This document shows, in pieces, positions 35,201 to 43,813 of a stretch of 64,000 nt of DNA. Numbering within the stretch: position 1 is the first letter of the stretch; every line of letters begins with the position of its first letter. The DNA is from Myxococcota bacterium (GTDB lineage Bacteria; Myxococcota_A; Polyangia; Nannocystales; Nannocystaceae): positions 160,001 to 224,000 of the forward strand of contig JBCCHT010000014.1 of the NCBI GenBank assembly GCA_039028615.1. The letters run 5' to 3'. Below the pieces are notes generated by a model. That model was not told the origin of the DNA. It made no database searches and saw only the letters and a program-made list of their open reading frames with translations. The position numbers were made by a program, and so were the translations under genes.

Positions 35201-37793
35201 GGCGTTCGAGGACCAGGCAGGGCTTCCCGCCGCCCCTGCCCACCAAGCGCTCCTCGAGGCCAGCGGCCAAGAGCCTCGCGCCATCGAAGCCGCCCGCGAA
35301 GGCCAGGCCCGGCTCGCCGCGCCGATGCTGATGATGCTCGACCGCGTGGCGCACTTCGATCCTACCGGGGGCGCAGCGGGCCTCGGGTGTGCTCGCGCCG
35401 AGAAAGACGTGGACCCCGGCGAGTGGTTCTTCGCCGCGCACTTCTTCCAAGACCCCGTGCAGCCGGGCTCGCTCGGGATCGAAGCCATGCTCCAGCTGCT
35501 GCAGTGGTGCATGCGCGAGCTGGGGCTCGACGCCGACCTCGCACAGCCTCGCTTCGAGCCGCTGGGACTCGGCCAGACGCTGACCTGGAAGTATCGGGGT
35601 CAGGTCGTGCCCACCAACCATCGAATCTGCACCACGCTCGAGATCACCGAGCGCGGTACGGACGAGCGCGGCGCCCATGCGATCGCCGATGCGTGGCTGT
35701 GGGTCGACGGCAAGCCGATCTACAAGGCCACGGGCATCGGCATGCGCATCGTGAGCGGTGACGACGACTACGGTCGTACCGTCCCCCTGAGCCTCGAGGC
35801 GATGCCCGAGCTGTCCGACCATCGGCCGACCTGGACGGTGCCCGCCGTGCCCATGATGTCCATGGTCGACCTGCTGGCCAGCGCCGCGCGAGCGGACGAG
35901 CACGTCGTCGGCCTGCGTGACGTACGGGTCAAGGGATGGCTGACCGTGCCCGAGGGGTTCGAGGGCCGACTCCGCATCGAGCGGGAGGGGGAGACCGTCA
36001 CCCTCGTCGAGGAGCGCGGCACCGAGTCCCCGCGTCCGGTCGCCACCGGTCGGCTCCTCGTCGGGCGCCCCGGCGACCGCCCCGATCCATGGCCCGCGCT
36101 CTCCGGCGAGCCACGCCCCCTGCCCTACGAAGACGGCTCACTGTTCCACGGCCCCGCCTTCGCTCGTCTGCAGAGCCTCGCGCGTGGCGACCGAGGAGCG
36201 TCCTCCGTGCTGCGGGTCGACGGCAGCACCGATGCCCGTGGTCTCGCGCCGATCCTGCTCGACGCCGCGACCCATGGCATCCCCCATGACGCCCTGCACC
36301 AGTGGGACGCACGCATCCCGGCCGACAGCGTCGCCTACCCGGCTTGGATCCCGCAGCTGGACGTCTACGGCCCCACGCCCACCGCGGGCACCGTGCGTTG
36401 CGAAGCTCGCTACCGCGGCCCCATGGGCAGCAGCGAGTTCCCCTCCTTCGCGATCCAGCTCATCGGCGACCACGGCGTGTGGTGCCAATTCGTGCTCGTG
36501 GAGGCCTGCTTCCCCAAGGGCCGATTGGGAACCGCTGCGCCCGTCGATCGTCGTGCCTTCTTGCGCGACCGGGTCGCCGTGCCCGGCCTGTCGCTGTCCC
36601 GCCACGAGGGCGGCACCACCCGGTTGACTTCGACCGAGGTCGACGGCAGCAACTGGCTTCCCGGCACCGTGCAGGCCATCTACGGCACCGAGGACGTCGC
36701 CGCGATCGCCCGCAAGGAACACACCGCCGCGGCGCACGAACTCCATCCCCGCCATCTTCCCGAGGCCCTCCCCCTCACCCGCCTCTCACTGCAGACGCAG
36801 CAAAAGGGTGACGAGATCACCGTCACGGGTGATGCCCAGGGAACGTTCGATATCTCCCTCGTGCGCGACTTCTGGACGAAGTGGTTCGGCCGCGAAGGGT
36901 GGCCCGTCGAGGACCTCTACTACGGCCTGCTCGAGCGATTCGTCCGACGCGTCGTCGTCACCGATCCCGAGGCCTTCGCCCAGTATCGCGGACGCAGCGT
37001 GCTGTACCTGGCCAACCACCAGGTCGGCATCGAATCGCTGCTGTTCTCCATCGTCGCGTCCGCGCTGGGCGAGGTCCCCACCGTGACCCTCGCCAAAGCC
37101 GAACACCGCGAGACCTGGCTCGGCCGGCTCATCGAGCACTGCTTCGCCTATCCCGAGATTCGCGACCCGGGGCTCATCACCTTCTTCGACCGCAACGACC
37201 CCGCCTCGCTGACCAAGATGCTGCCGCAGCTGGTCGGGCGCATGCGCGACGAAGGCCGCTCCATGATGGTGCACGTCGAGGGCACCCGCTCCCGCTCCTG
37301 TGCCGAGCCCGTGCAAGCGCTCAGCGGAGCCTTCGTCGACCTGGCACTGGCCCTCGACGCGCCGATCGTCCCCGTGAAGTTCTCCGGTGGATTGCCGCGA
37401 ACGGCCCTCGAAGAGCGCCTCGAGTTCCCCCTCGGCATGGGTAAGCAGGACATGTGGTTCGGCGCTCCGATCTCCGCGCCGACGCTCGCTGCCGCCAGCT
37501 ATGGGGAGCGTCGGCAGAGAGTGCTCGATGCGATCAACGGTCTCGGACCCAGCCACGAAGTCGAGCAGCCGCTGGCCGGCGATCCGGGGTTCGAGGCGGC
37601 CGTTGGAGCGTGGGCACGGCAGCAAGGCGTGAGCCCGGCCTACGCCGCGCTTCATCGGGTGCTCACCGAGCGCGCGGAGCCCTGCGAGCAGACCCGGACG
37701 CTGCTGAAGGCGACCGACGCGACCGCACTGGCGGCCGACACTTCGGCCGAGGGCCGCTGGCTCCACCAGCTCGCCCAGTGGCTGCTGGGCTAG
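29214..37793 (+). CDS. PUFA synthase PfaB/C-like subunit (Pfa3): KS-CLF-AT-FabA-type DH domains-extra DH-acylglycerophosphate acyltransferase
   Basis: KS DGACASS / ECHATGT / GHLITAAG; CLF SAGEASG (no Cys); AT GYSSG; FabA-like GHFLNDPCMPGTL and HFFQDPVQPGSL; DH-like LSDHRPTWTVPAVP...LFHGPAF...LLDAATH; C-terminal YLANHQVGIE...HVEGTRS. ATG 29214 is 4 bp after the pfa2 stop. Confidence 0.93.
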   Translation: MTMPPIAIVGRACVVPGALSPQQLWDAVRERRYHVSAADPGAWRTGADDVVRGPGQDPTNGTWHDRGGYVRGFDRVWDPEGFGVPAASLAGLDPLFTWVLHCARQALRDAGDDRTGAIARPRVRAVLGNLGFPTAGMNRYAESVWSPQPGETAPDPRNRFMSRGPAALLEQALGLAPGAFCLDGACASSLYAIAMGCAQLNDGDADLVLAGAVNRADDLFLHVGFCALKALSPSGHSRPFDADADGLIPGEGAGVVALKRLADARRDGDTIHGIIRGVGLSNDGRGRGFLAPSEEGQRRALEAAYRNAGVDPSEVSLLECHATGTVLGDATELRSTGTVFEDCEGVPIGSLKSNLGHLITAAGVAGLIKVLEAMRHRQRPATVQVRTPNPALDTGPFRLLTEQEDWPASSPRLAGVSAFGFGGNNAHLVVSEDDPTLDAPTEVRPPAAAPLAIVGVGAVVGSVSNAEDFAAAIVSRRSLLQPGDEGKPAGARIDELALGLEGLCFPPRDLQRTLAQQLAVLQAAREATADAPELPRDRTGVYVAMEADPEVCRYGLRWRLRERLRQAGATSPESASGLSSLEETIAPPLGAEEVVGTMPNIPANRLNRQLDLGGPSFTVSAGEASGRVALELAARALRTGQLDAAVVGAADLSCQAVHLAALSARGDASPPPGDAATVVVLRRLTDAVREGEAVLAVLETEADAPSPAQESIDALGLRSTMGHCWAAGDLRDVTAAALLARDQPGTTTQIPARPGGHAVRVRSAGPQLFRFAGADRSALERRLQTGEPGGEGPCRAAIIASTPAQLEQRRAQAGAHLSKGTAVGPGVFVRSRPMDGSLALVFSGAGAAYPGMGTPLQRALPELDQALRSRSPVLARHFDAPWDDDGHAPPLQRLWSSSYLTQLHAELTRSWLELEADAVIGYSSGESNSLFATGIWNDHDDMVEQCRRSGLFTEQIGGRFEAVARAWGQPAQWETWTVVAPVDEVIALVGSIPRVHVSIIHHDGECVVAGDPSGCAQLRERVGAKRCHRLRYDLAVHVPELQQVAAPWRELHRRPVTPPRSGLSVYSGATSQAYTPSEDACAEAILGQANRRLDYRRVIERAYADGVRVFVEHGPRRSCSGWIQQILGDRDAVVVALDRKGGGLLPVLETVAALWSASVPVRLDPRIEGLGPHARPAPPQRSSSPRMQFAARPRPLRMPPLSTMLSSTDRETPEAPTLQPMPPAPTLPPVGSVPPDLPTAAPPRPAPTQPAPAATVAPPPTVPPVATALPPTDTASRVAAVMQAQLATLGDRQRAFVQEQAALHQQFLAVRAQANAMLVGAMQGGAVQTPAATPTAPVPTPAPAITNPVAPIAATSQAPVAAKPAPAPLAARPAPKPAATTNRPSAKPVPAKSTGPRPPCGPTFDRAALEVHAGGNISEIYGPQFAGQDRFDRQVRMPLPPLLLADRVTGLDAEPMAMKLGTIWTETDVTENAWYLHAGRMPPGIMIESGQADLMLISYLGVDAENQGERVYRLLGCTLTFHGSPPEVGETLCFDIHLDGHAKQGKSRLMFFHYDCHIDDQVRLSVRQGQAGFFTDKELAESDGCLWSPQEQSIVDDPQLDAPAMETASSFTAAQVQAFAEGRPWDCFGDGALPTRCHTRTPRIQSGRMQLLHRVDEFAPRGGPWGRGYLRAETPITPDDWFFEGHFLNDPCMPGTLMFEGCLQALAFHLAAMGYTLDRDGWRFEPVPEHAMTLSCRGQVTPQAKSLTYEVFVEEISAGPEPTVYADLLCTVDGLKAFHARRVGLRLVPAWPLDEGHVLLDRSESDEGHTIARSGGFAYDYRSMLACAHGRPTEAFGPIYARFDGTQPVARLPNPPYHFISRATSITGEAGAMESGVEVQVEFDVDPNAWYFADNGNRSMPFAVLLEAALQPCGWLASFMGCALAVDIPLKFRNLDGHGTVHREVGPDDGVLRTRVRNTQLSITASMIIVGFDVECRVEDALVYEMSTVFGFFPASAFEDQAGLPAAPAHQALLEASGQEPRAIEAAREGQARLAAPMLMMLDRVAHFDPTGGAAGLGCARAEKDVDPGEWFFAAHFFQDPVQPGSLGIEAMLQLLQWCMRELGLDADLAQPRFEPLGLGQTLTWKYRGQVVPTNHRICTTLEITERGTDERGAHAIADAWLWVDGKPIYKATGIGMRIVSGDDDYGRTVPLSLEAMPELSDHRPTWTVPAVPMMSMVDLLASAARADEHVVGLRDVRVKGWLTVPEGFEGRLRIEREGETVTLVEERGTESPRPVATGRLLVGRPGDRPDPWPALSGEPRPLPYEDGSLFHGPAFARLQSLARGDRGASSVLRVDGSTDARGLAPILLDAATHGIPHDALHQWDARIPADSVAYPAWIPQLDVYGPTPTAGTVRCEARYRGPMGSSEFPSFAIQLIGDHGVWCQFVLVEACFPKGRLGTAAPVDRRAFLRDRVAVPGLSLSRHEGGTTRLTSTEVDGSNWLPGTVQAIYGTEDVAAIARKEHTAAAHELHPRHLPEALPLTRLSLQTQQKGDEITVTGDAQGTFDISLVRDFWTKWFGREGWPVEDLYYGLLERFVRRVVVTDPEAFAQYRGRSVLYLANHQVGIESLLFSIVASALGEVPTVTLAKAEHRETWLGRLIEHCFAYPEIRDPGLITFFDRNDPASLTKMLPQLVGRMRDEGRSMMVHVEGTRSRSCAEPVQALSGAFVDLALALDAPIVPVKFSGGLPRTALEERLEFPLGMGKQDMWFGAPISAPTLAAASYGERRQRVLDAINGLGPSHEVEQPLAGDPGFEAAVGAWARQQGVSPAYAALHRVLTERAEPCEQTRTLLKATDATALAADTSAEGRWLHQLAQWLLG

Positions 37794-37952
37794 TCGTCCG
37801 AGTTCAGCAGCAATGTTCATCGAAGCAGGGGCCCCTCGTCTTCGAGGGGTGATGCAAGGCGGCGGCAGCACGGGTCGCTGAGCCCCATCCCGTCGATTCG
37901 TGGCCACGTCGCAATCCGACAGGTGGGCTCGTGGACCTTCCTCGACGAGACG

Positions 37953-40900
37953 ATGAACGGAACTCGACGCACAACCTCCATCAAGCCTCTCGTTGCCCTC
38001 GCGGGCCTATGCAGCCTGCTCGCGGTGGGAGCCTGCGGGGCGGAGTCGGACGACATCCTGCTGGTCGACCGAGACTCGACCGACCCCACCATGCCGCCGC
38101 CGCAGGTCCATCCGTGCTTCGACGAGCTGTCGGAGTTCGATGGGCACCTCAAGCCGAAGAGCAATCAGCGGGAACCGGGCACCGCGGGATCCATCGACCC
38201 CGCGCAGGCCGGCACTGCCTCCATTCGGCAGGACCACCGCTTCGAGCTGGAGCCCACGGGCACCACGGGCACCACGGGAGAGCATGCCGCGACCGTCTAT
38301 GTAGACATCGACGCGACGACCGGCCCGATTGCGGTGATGGGCTCGAATTCTGGCAACTGGAGCATCCAGGCGTTCGAGGGATCGACGGGCCTGCCCCTGC
38401 CGATCACGGAGCAACGTAGCTCGGACGAGCCAAACCTGGTCGCGCTCGAGCTTCCCGATGACGTGCAGGGCGAGGTACAGCTCGAGATCACGGGCACCGA
38501 AGTGGGCCGAGGCATGGTCGTCGCGCCGCAGACGGGCGTGGGCATCTACGGCTATGCCTCCGATCCTTCCCAGCTCGTCGCGGGGCAGACGGTCGACTAT
38601 GTGCTGTACCCGTTTGCGGGCGAGGTGGTCCCCGGTGAGGCTCCAGCGGTCGCAGGCACGATCATCGAGGCCGACATCACCACCGTGGATCCGACGACGG
38701 GTCGTGAGACCTCGCTGCCCGTGACCGTCGACACCGAAGGCCGCGCCCACGTGTCCGTCCCCGTGACCGCGGGCTTCAACGACGTCCTCATGAACGTGCG
38801 AAGCGAGGTCGACGGCCAGAGTTTCACCGTCACGCCGCCGTTTCCGTCCCTCGTTCCCGAGCGCACGCTCCAGGGCATCACGGGGGTCCAGACGAGCTAC
38901 GACACCGCGGACGAGGAGCTGGTGTTCGAACTCGGGCTCGATGTGACCCCCGGGGCGGCCGCTCCCGAAGCGCTCGTCGGCTCGGCCACGGTAGAGGCTA
39001 TGGACTCGGCCGGGTCTTGGACCCCAGTGGTCGAGATCAGCGCGATGCTGGTCGTCGACGACGGCGCGGCGCAGATGCGAATGAACCCCGCCTGGCTGGA
39101 TCGCGCCGGGTTCGACCCGAGCGAAGGCATCACGCTGCGGCTGTCGGACCTCAAACTGGCGACGACCGACGCGATGAGCGTGCCTCAGGTGGTGGAGCCC
39201 GAGTCCCCCACCCGCTTCGATCCCATCCCGGGTACATCGTTCCCCTCCTACACGGGCTCGGTGACCCCGGAGATGAAGGAGGGACGACGTCCGCAGTGCC
39301 TAGACTACGACGGCCCCATCGCCCACGGAGTGGAGCTGGTCCACGGGTTCTGCGAGCGCCCCAACACCTGGCCGGGCCCGGACGCGGACCTCGAGTACCC
39401 TGGCGACTTCACGCCGGACATCCAGTTCTGGTTCGACCGCCCGGGCGGCGATGACGACGGGTTCTTCCGCGTCTTCGACGGGTTCAAGGGCACCTGGGAC
39501 GGCGAAGAGGTCCCCTGGGCCACCGCGACCAGCAACGACAAATTCGCCCGGGCCCTGCACAAACACGCGTGGTTCGAGGAAGGGCTGCTCTCGTTCTCGG
39601 GCGTCGGCCACAGCCAGGGCGGCCTGGCCCTGCTGCACCTGTGGCACTTTTACTGGTCGGGCCTCGACGTCGACAAACAGGACGACTTCAAGCACGGCGG
39701 CAACGGCTTCACGGTGCAGATGCTCGCCACACCGATCTGGGGCTCGACCTTGGCCGACACGGGCGAAGTCTTGGACATGTTCACGGGGGAGACCCTCGAG
39801 GGCGTCACCTGCATGTTCAACACGGTCAACGACCTCAAGACCAGCAACGCGATCAGCAACTACCTCGAGCACTACGCCGAGCCCGGGAACGACGCGGCCT
39901 ACTACGGGTCCTTCAAGAACGAGAAGGACGCCGACGATGGTGTGTTCCAGAAGTACTGCAACCCGCTGACCGCCTTCCTGATGGGGTTTCGCCTCAACGA
40001 CGGCGTGGTCAAGGTCAGCGAGGTCATGGGGGGCACCAGCTGGCTCGGCGGTGAGTCCCAGGGACTCTGCGACGACCCCGAGATTCCCGGGCAGTGCTAC
40101 GGGGTCTCCGAAGGCGCGGGCCAGTGCCACGTGACGGACAGGAACTTCAAGTTCACCAACAACCCCGATCCCGACGGCGCCCTGCCCTTCAACATGACGG
40201 GCCCTCCGCAGACCTTCAACGACGTGCGCAACAACGCCCTGTATTGCAGCGCGGCCATGCTCGGGGACACGCTGTGCTGGGACCCGCCCAAGCCCACGCC
40301 CGGATGCCACGACGAAGGCTGCGGCTATGTCGAGGGCTACGAGTGTGCGCCCGCGGGCTGGGAGCTACAGCCCAACAAGCACTACAACCACCCCGATGGC
40401 GACTTCGCTCTCGACCAGCACTGCTTCGATCACGACTACTACGCCGAGGTCTACGACGAGCTGGTGAACGAGGACGACCCCGACGACACCACGCTGATCC
40501 CGGTCGAGCGCGACCTGGTGTGCGTTCGCCAGGGCTACCCGGAGTACACGAGCACGGTGGGAATCTGCCGCATCTGCGAGGGCCCCGAGGGCAAGATGTG
40601 GCCGGGCTGCGAGTGCGAATTCCAAGACGGCAACCAAGACGGGCAGGACGACAACGAAGCGTGCGGCGTGGGCAACCCCGGGCTGTCGTGCGTGGCGTCC
40701 ACCACCCATCGCATCGATGGTCTCGGCGGCAAGTGCTGGCCCGATGCCCAGCCGCCCGAGTTCGAGTGCGAGACCGACTGTCGCGACATCTACGGCGACT
40801 ACGGGTACTGCTATCACGGGCAAGACGGCGGCGAGGCGATGTGCGCCGACTGGACGGGTCCCCTGGATGGCAAGGAGTGCGCCTGGCAGGGCCTGGCCTA

Positions 40901-41039
40901 CGACTCGGACAGCGACCAGTGCGTGCCCGAGTGCGGCGTGGACACGCAGATCCAGGCCGAAGCGGACGCGCAGTGCCACGCCCGCGGCTACACGGCCAAC
41001 TTCTACTGCGACATGCCGTCGAAGCGCTGTCGCGTGTAG
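37953..41039 (+). CDS. Large lipoprotein with a conditioned-medium-factor-like alpha/beta-hydrolase domain and a Cys-rich C-terminus
   Basis: Lipobox LLAVGAC; beta-rich N-terminal half; LVHGFC, GHSQGGLALLHLWHFYWSGLD, TPIWGS, YC...NDG, GQCH; about 250-aa Cys-rich tail. Confidence 0.7.
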   Translation: MNGTRRTTSIKPLVALAGLCSLLAVGACGAESDDILLVDRDSTDPTMPPPQVHPCFDELSEFDGHLKPKSNQREPGTAGSIDPAQAGTASIRQDHRFELEPTGTTGTTGEHAATVYVDIDATTGPIAVMGSNSGNWSIQAFEGSTGLPLPITEQRSSDEPNLVALELPDDVQGEVQLEITGTEVGRGMVVAPQTGVGIYGYASDPSQLVAGQTVDYVLYPFAGEVVPGEAPAVAGTIIEADITTVDPTTGRETSLPVTVDTEGRAHVSVPVTAGFNDVLMNVRSEVDGQSFTVTPPFPSLVPERTLQGITGVQTSYDTADEELVFELGLDVTPGAAAPEALVGSATVEAMDSAGSWTPVVEISAMLVVDDGAAQMRMNPAWLDRAGFDPSEGITLRLSDLKLATTDAMSVPQVVEPESPTRFDPIPGTSFPSYTGSVTPEMKEGRRPQCLDYDGPIAHGVELVHGFCERPNTWPGPDADLEYPGDFTPDIQFWFDRPGGDDDGFFRVFDGFKGTWDGEEVPWATATSNDKFARALHKHAWFEEGLLSFSGVGHSQGGLALLHLWHFYWSGLDVDKQDDFKHGGNGFTVQMLATPIWGSTLADTGEVLDMFTGETLEGVTCMFNTVNDLKTSNAISNYLEHYAEPGNDAAYYGSFKNEKDADDGVFQKYCNPLTAFLMGFRLNDGVVKVSEVMGGTSWLGGESQGLCDDPEIPGQCYGVSEGAGQCHVTDRNFKFTNNPDPDGALPFNMTGPPQTFNDVRNNALYCSAAMLGDTLCWDPPKPTPGCHDEGCGYVEGYECAPAGWELQPNKHYNHPDGDFALDQHCFDHDYYAEVYDELVNEDDPDDTTLIPVERDLVCVRQGYPEYTSTVGICRICEGPEGKMWPGCECEFQDGNQDGQDDNEACGVGNPGLSCVASTTHRIDGLGGKCWPDAQPPEFECETDCRDIYGDYGYCYHGQDGGEAMCADWTGPLDGKECAWQGLAYDSDSDQCVPECGVDTQIQAEADAQCHARGYTANFYCDMPSKRCRV

Positions 41040-41057
41040 TCGGCGGGGACGGTCCCC

Positions 41058-41867
41058 TCAGGGCTCGTTGATTCCGTCGAGCAGGCCTCGCAGCGCGGCG
41101 GCGGGGTCTTCCGCCGACATCAGCGAGCTGCCGATCAACACCGCGTCGACCTCGGCGTCCCGCAGGCGCTTGAGGTCGTCGACCGTCGAGATGCCGCTCT
41201 CGGCGACGTACGTGAAGCTCGTGCGCGGCACGAAGCTCCGCAGCTTCACGTGCAGATCGGGGTCGACCTCGAAGGTCCGCAAGTCGCGAGCGTTGACCCC
41301 CACGATCTTGGCGCCCGCACTCATGGCGCGGTCGACTTCGTGAGCATCGTGGGCCTCGCACAGCACGGCGAGATCGATGGCGTGGGCGAACTCGATGAGC
41401 TGCCGCAGCGTGGGAGGCGGCAGCGCAGCCACGATGAGCAGCGCAGCGTCGGCCCCCGCGCGGCGGGCATCGAGCAGCTGCATGCGATCGAGGATGAAGT
41501 CCTTGCACAGCAGCGGGATCGGGCTGACTTCGCGCGCGCGGCTGAGGTCTTCGAGGCTGCCCTGGAAGTGAGCATCGGTGAGGATGCTGGACGCGGCCGC
41601 GCCGGCTTGGGCGTAGCCGGGCACGATCTCGGTGACCGAGGCGCCCTCGCGAATGGGACCCTTGGACGGCGAGGCTCGCTTGAACTCGGCGATGACCCGC
41701 GGACCCGGGCCCGCACGCAGTGCCTCGGCGAAGTCGCGCGTGGGGGCGAGGCCCGCGAGCGCATCTTCGATGCGCCGATCGGTGAGCCGCTCGTGTCGGT
41801 GTTGCGCCAGATCGGCCCGCTTCGCGGCCAGGATCCGATCGAGATGAGAGGTCTGTGGCTCGCTCAT
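41058..41867 (-). CDS. trpC: Indole-3-glycerol phosphate synthase
   Basis: LDRILAAK, VIAEFKRASPSKG, SILTD, LCKDFI, GADAALLIVA, GVNARDL, VAESGI, LIGSSLM. Confidence 0.96.
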   Translation of the reverse strand: MSEPQTSHLDRILAAKRADLAQHRHERLTDRRIEDALAGLAPTRDFAEALRAGPGPRVIAEFKRASPSKGPIREGASVTEIVPGYAQAGAAASSILTDAHFQGSLEDLSRAREVSPIPLLCKDFILDRMQLLDARRAGADAALLIVAALPPPTLRQLIEFAHAIDLAVLCEAHDAHEVDRAMSAGAKIVGVNARDLRTFEVDPDLHVKLRSFVPRTSFTYVAESGISTVDDLKRLRDAEVDAVLIGSSLMSAEDPAAALRGLLDGINEP

Positions 41868-42001
41868 GCCCAGGATTCGCCGCGCCAAGCGTAGCCCAAT
41901 CGGTGCGAACGCGCTTCTTCGCCAGGCCGTCCGACAACCGGAGGCGGACTCACGCCGACCGCGGGTCCCGGCTGCGCGCCCGCACGACTAAGCCAATGAA
42001 C

Positions 42002-43111
42002 TCATTGCTCTTTTTCGCTCGTCTCGGCCGGCTCGTGGCTGACCCGCACGAGGTCGTCGAGGACGGCCCGAACCTTGCCTTCGTCGATCGCTCGACCGAT
42101 CGTCTCGGCCAATTCGGGCAGCGCCGACAGCTCGCCGTGACCGGCCGCCACCAGGGCCACTGCGCCGCTGTACTGCACCGCGACCCGGTAGGCCGAGGGC
42201 TCCCCGTCCACGAGGCGCCGCAGTGCGTCCGCGTTTTCGGCCGCCGACCCCCCCGCGATGTCCTCGAAGGAGTGCGCGGGCAAGCCGGCATCCTGGGGCC
42301 GCAGCACGAGGGTCTCGAGCTGGCCGTCGCGCCACTGCACCACGAGCGACTCGCCCTCGGGGCTGAGGTCGTCGATGCCCCGCGGCGACCGGGGGGAAGC
42401 CTCGTGTCCGGCCCGGAACCCGTGCACGACCATGACGTGGCGGCTGCCCAGCGCCCCGAGGGCCCGTGCCACGTCCTCGCAGCGCGCCGGATCGAACACG
42501 CCCAGCAGCTGGCGATTGGCCCCCGCGGGGTTGGTCAGCGGCCCCAGCAGGTTGAACAGCGTGCGCACGCCCAAGGCCCGGCGGGGGCCCATGGCGTGCT
42601 TCATCGCCGGGTGCAGCCGCGCCGCGAACAAAAAGCCCACGCCCACCTCGTCGAGACAGCGCTGCACCTGGGCCGGGGTGGCCTCGATGTTGAGCCCGAG
42701 CGCCTCGAGCACGTCGGCGCTGCCGCTGCGGCTGCTGGCGGCTCGATTGCCGTGCTTGGCCACGGGCACGCCGCATGCGGCCACCGCCAGTGCGACCGCA
42801 GTGGAGACGTTGCGCCGGGGGATCCCGCTGCCTCCGGTGCCGCAGGTGTCGAGCAAGTCCGTGTGGCGGCTGGCGATGCGATGCACGGCCCGGCGCATGG
42901 CCGCCGCCGCCCCTGCGATCTGCTCGGTGGTCTCCCCCCGAATCGCCAGCCCCATCAGCAGGCCGCCGATCTGCGCCGGGTCGCAGGCCCCGACCATGAT
43001 CTCGTCGAAGATGGTCTCGATTTCCTGCCGCCCCAGGGTCTGGGCCGCGGCAAGCTTGGCGAGCCCCGCCCGCATGGCGGGGGCATTGTCGGCGGACTTG
43101 GGAGCGTTCAT
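42002..43111 (-). CDS. trpD: Anthranilate phosphoribosyltransferase
   Basis: DTCGTGGSG, NVST, AKHGNRAASSRSGSADVLEALG, HPAMK, RTLFNLLGPLTNP. Confidence 0.96.
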   Translation of the reverse strand: MNAPKSADNAPAMRAGLAKLAAAQTLGRQEIETIFDEIMVGACDPAQIGGLLMGLAIRGETTEQIAGAAAAMRRAVHRIASRHTDLLDTCGTGGSGIPRRNVSTAVALAVAACGVPVAKHGNRAASSRSGSADVLEALGLNIEATPAQVQRCLDEVGVGFLFAARLHPAMKHAMGPRRALGVRTLFNLLGPLTNPAGANRQLLGVFDPARCEDVARALGALGSRHVMVVHGFRAGHEASPRSPRGIDDLSPEGESLVVQWRDGQLETLVLRPQDAGLPAHSFEDIAGGSAAENADALRRLVDGEPSAYRVAVQYSGAVALVAAGHGELSALPELAETIGRAIDEGKVRAVLDDLVRVSHEPAETSEKEQ

Positions 43112-43144
43112 GGGGGTCGTCGCGATCGGTCGAAAGGGATGAGC

Positions 43145-43813
43145 TCAGGCCCGTAGGGCGGCGTCGAGGGCATCCGCGTGATCGGCATGCACGCCCAAGA
43201 AGCTGGCCAGCAAGCGGTGCCCGTGGTCGCTGAGGATCGACTCGGGATGAAACTGCACCCCGTGGATCGGCCGGTCGCGATGCCGCACCGCCATCAGCTC
43301 CCCTTCGGCCGTACGCGCGGTGGCGACCAGGAAGGACGGCAGCGTGTCCTCTTCCACGATGAGGCTGTGGTAGCGGGTCACCGTCATCGGCGAGGGCAGC
43401 CCGGTGAGCAGCCCGGTGCCGTCGTGAATCACGGGGGAGACCTTGCCGTGCATGATTCGCGGAGCCCCGTGCACCGTGGCGCCGTGGACCTCGCACAGGG
43501 TCTGGTGCCCGAGGCAGACCCCCAGGGTGGGAATGGGCGCATCGGAGCAGACCCGCTCGCACAGCGACTGGCACACGCCGCTGTCGCTCGGCCGCCCCGG
43601 ACCCGGTGAGAGCACCAGGTGGGTCGGCCGCATGGCGATGACCTGATCGGCATCGATGGCGTCGTTGCGATAGACGTCGACCACCGCGCCCAGCTCGAGC
43701 AGGTACTGCACGAGGTTGAACGTGAACGAGTCGTAGTTGTCGATCATCACCACGCGCGGGCCCGAGGCCTGCGGCGGTAGGTAGCGGTTGCCGCCCGGTC
43801 GTGGTTCCTTCAT
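43145..43813 (-). CDS. trpG: Anthranilate synthase component II (glutamine amidotransferase)
   Basis: IDNYDSFTFNLVQYL, LSPGPGRP, GVCLGHQ, RYHSL, GVQFHPES. ATG 43813 overlaps the trpE stop (ATGA). Confidence 0.95.
   Translation of the reverse strand: MKEPRPGGNRYLPPQASGPRVVMIDNYDSFTFNLVQYLLELGAVVDVYRNDAIDADQVIAMRPTHLVLSPGPGRPSDSGVCQSLCERVCSDAPIPTLGVCLGHQTLCEVHGATVHGAPRIMHGKVSPVIHDGTGLLTGLPSPMTVTRYHSLIVEEDTLPSFLVATARTAEGELMAVRHRDRPIHGVQFHPESILSDHGHRLLASFLGVHADHADALDAALRA

Noticed and set aside
5373..41057. Calling the accessory block a mobile element or prophage
   Set aside because: No integrase, transposase, phage gene, tRNA target or terminal repeat was seen.
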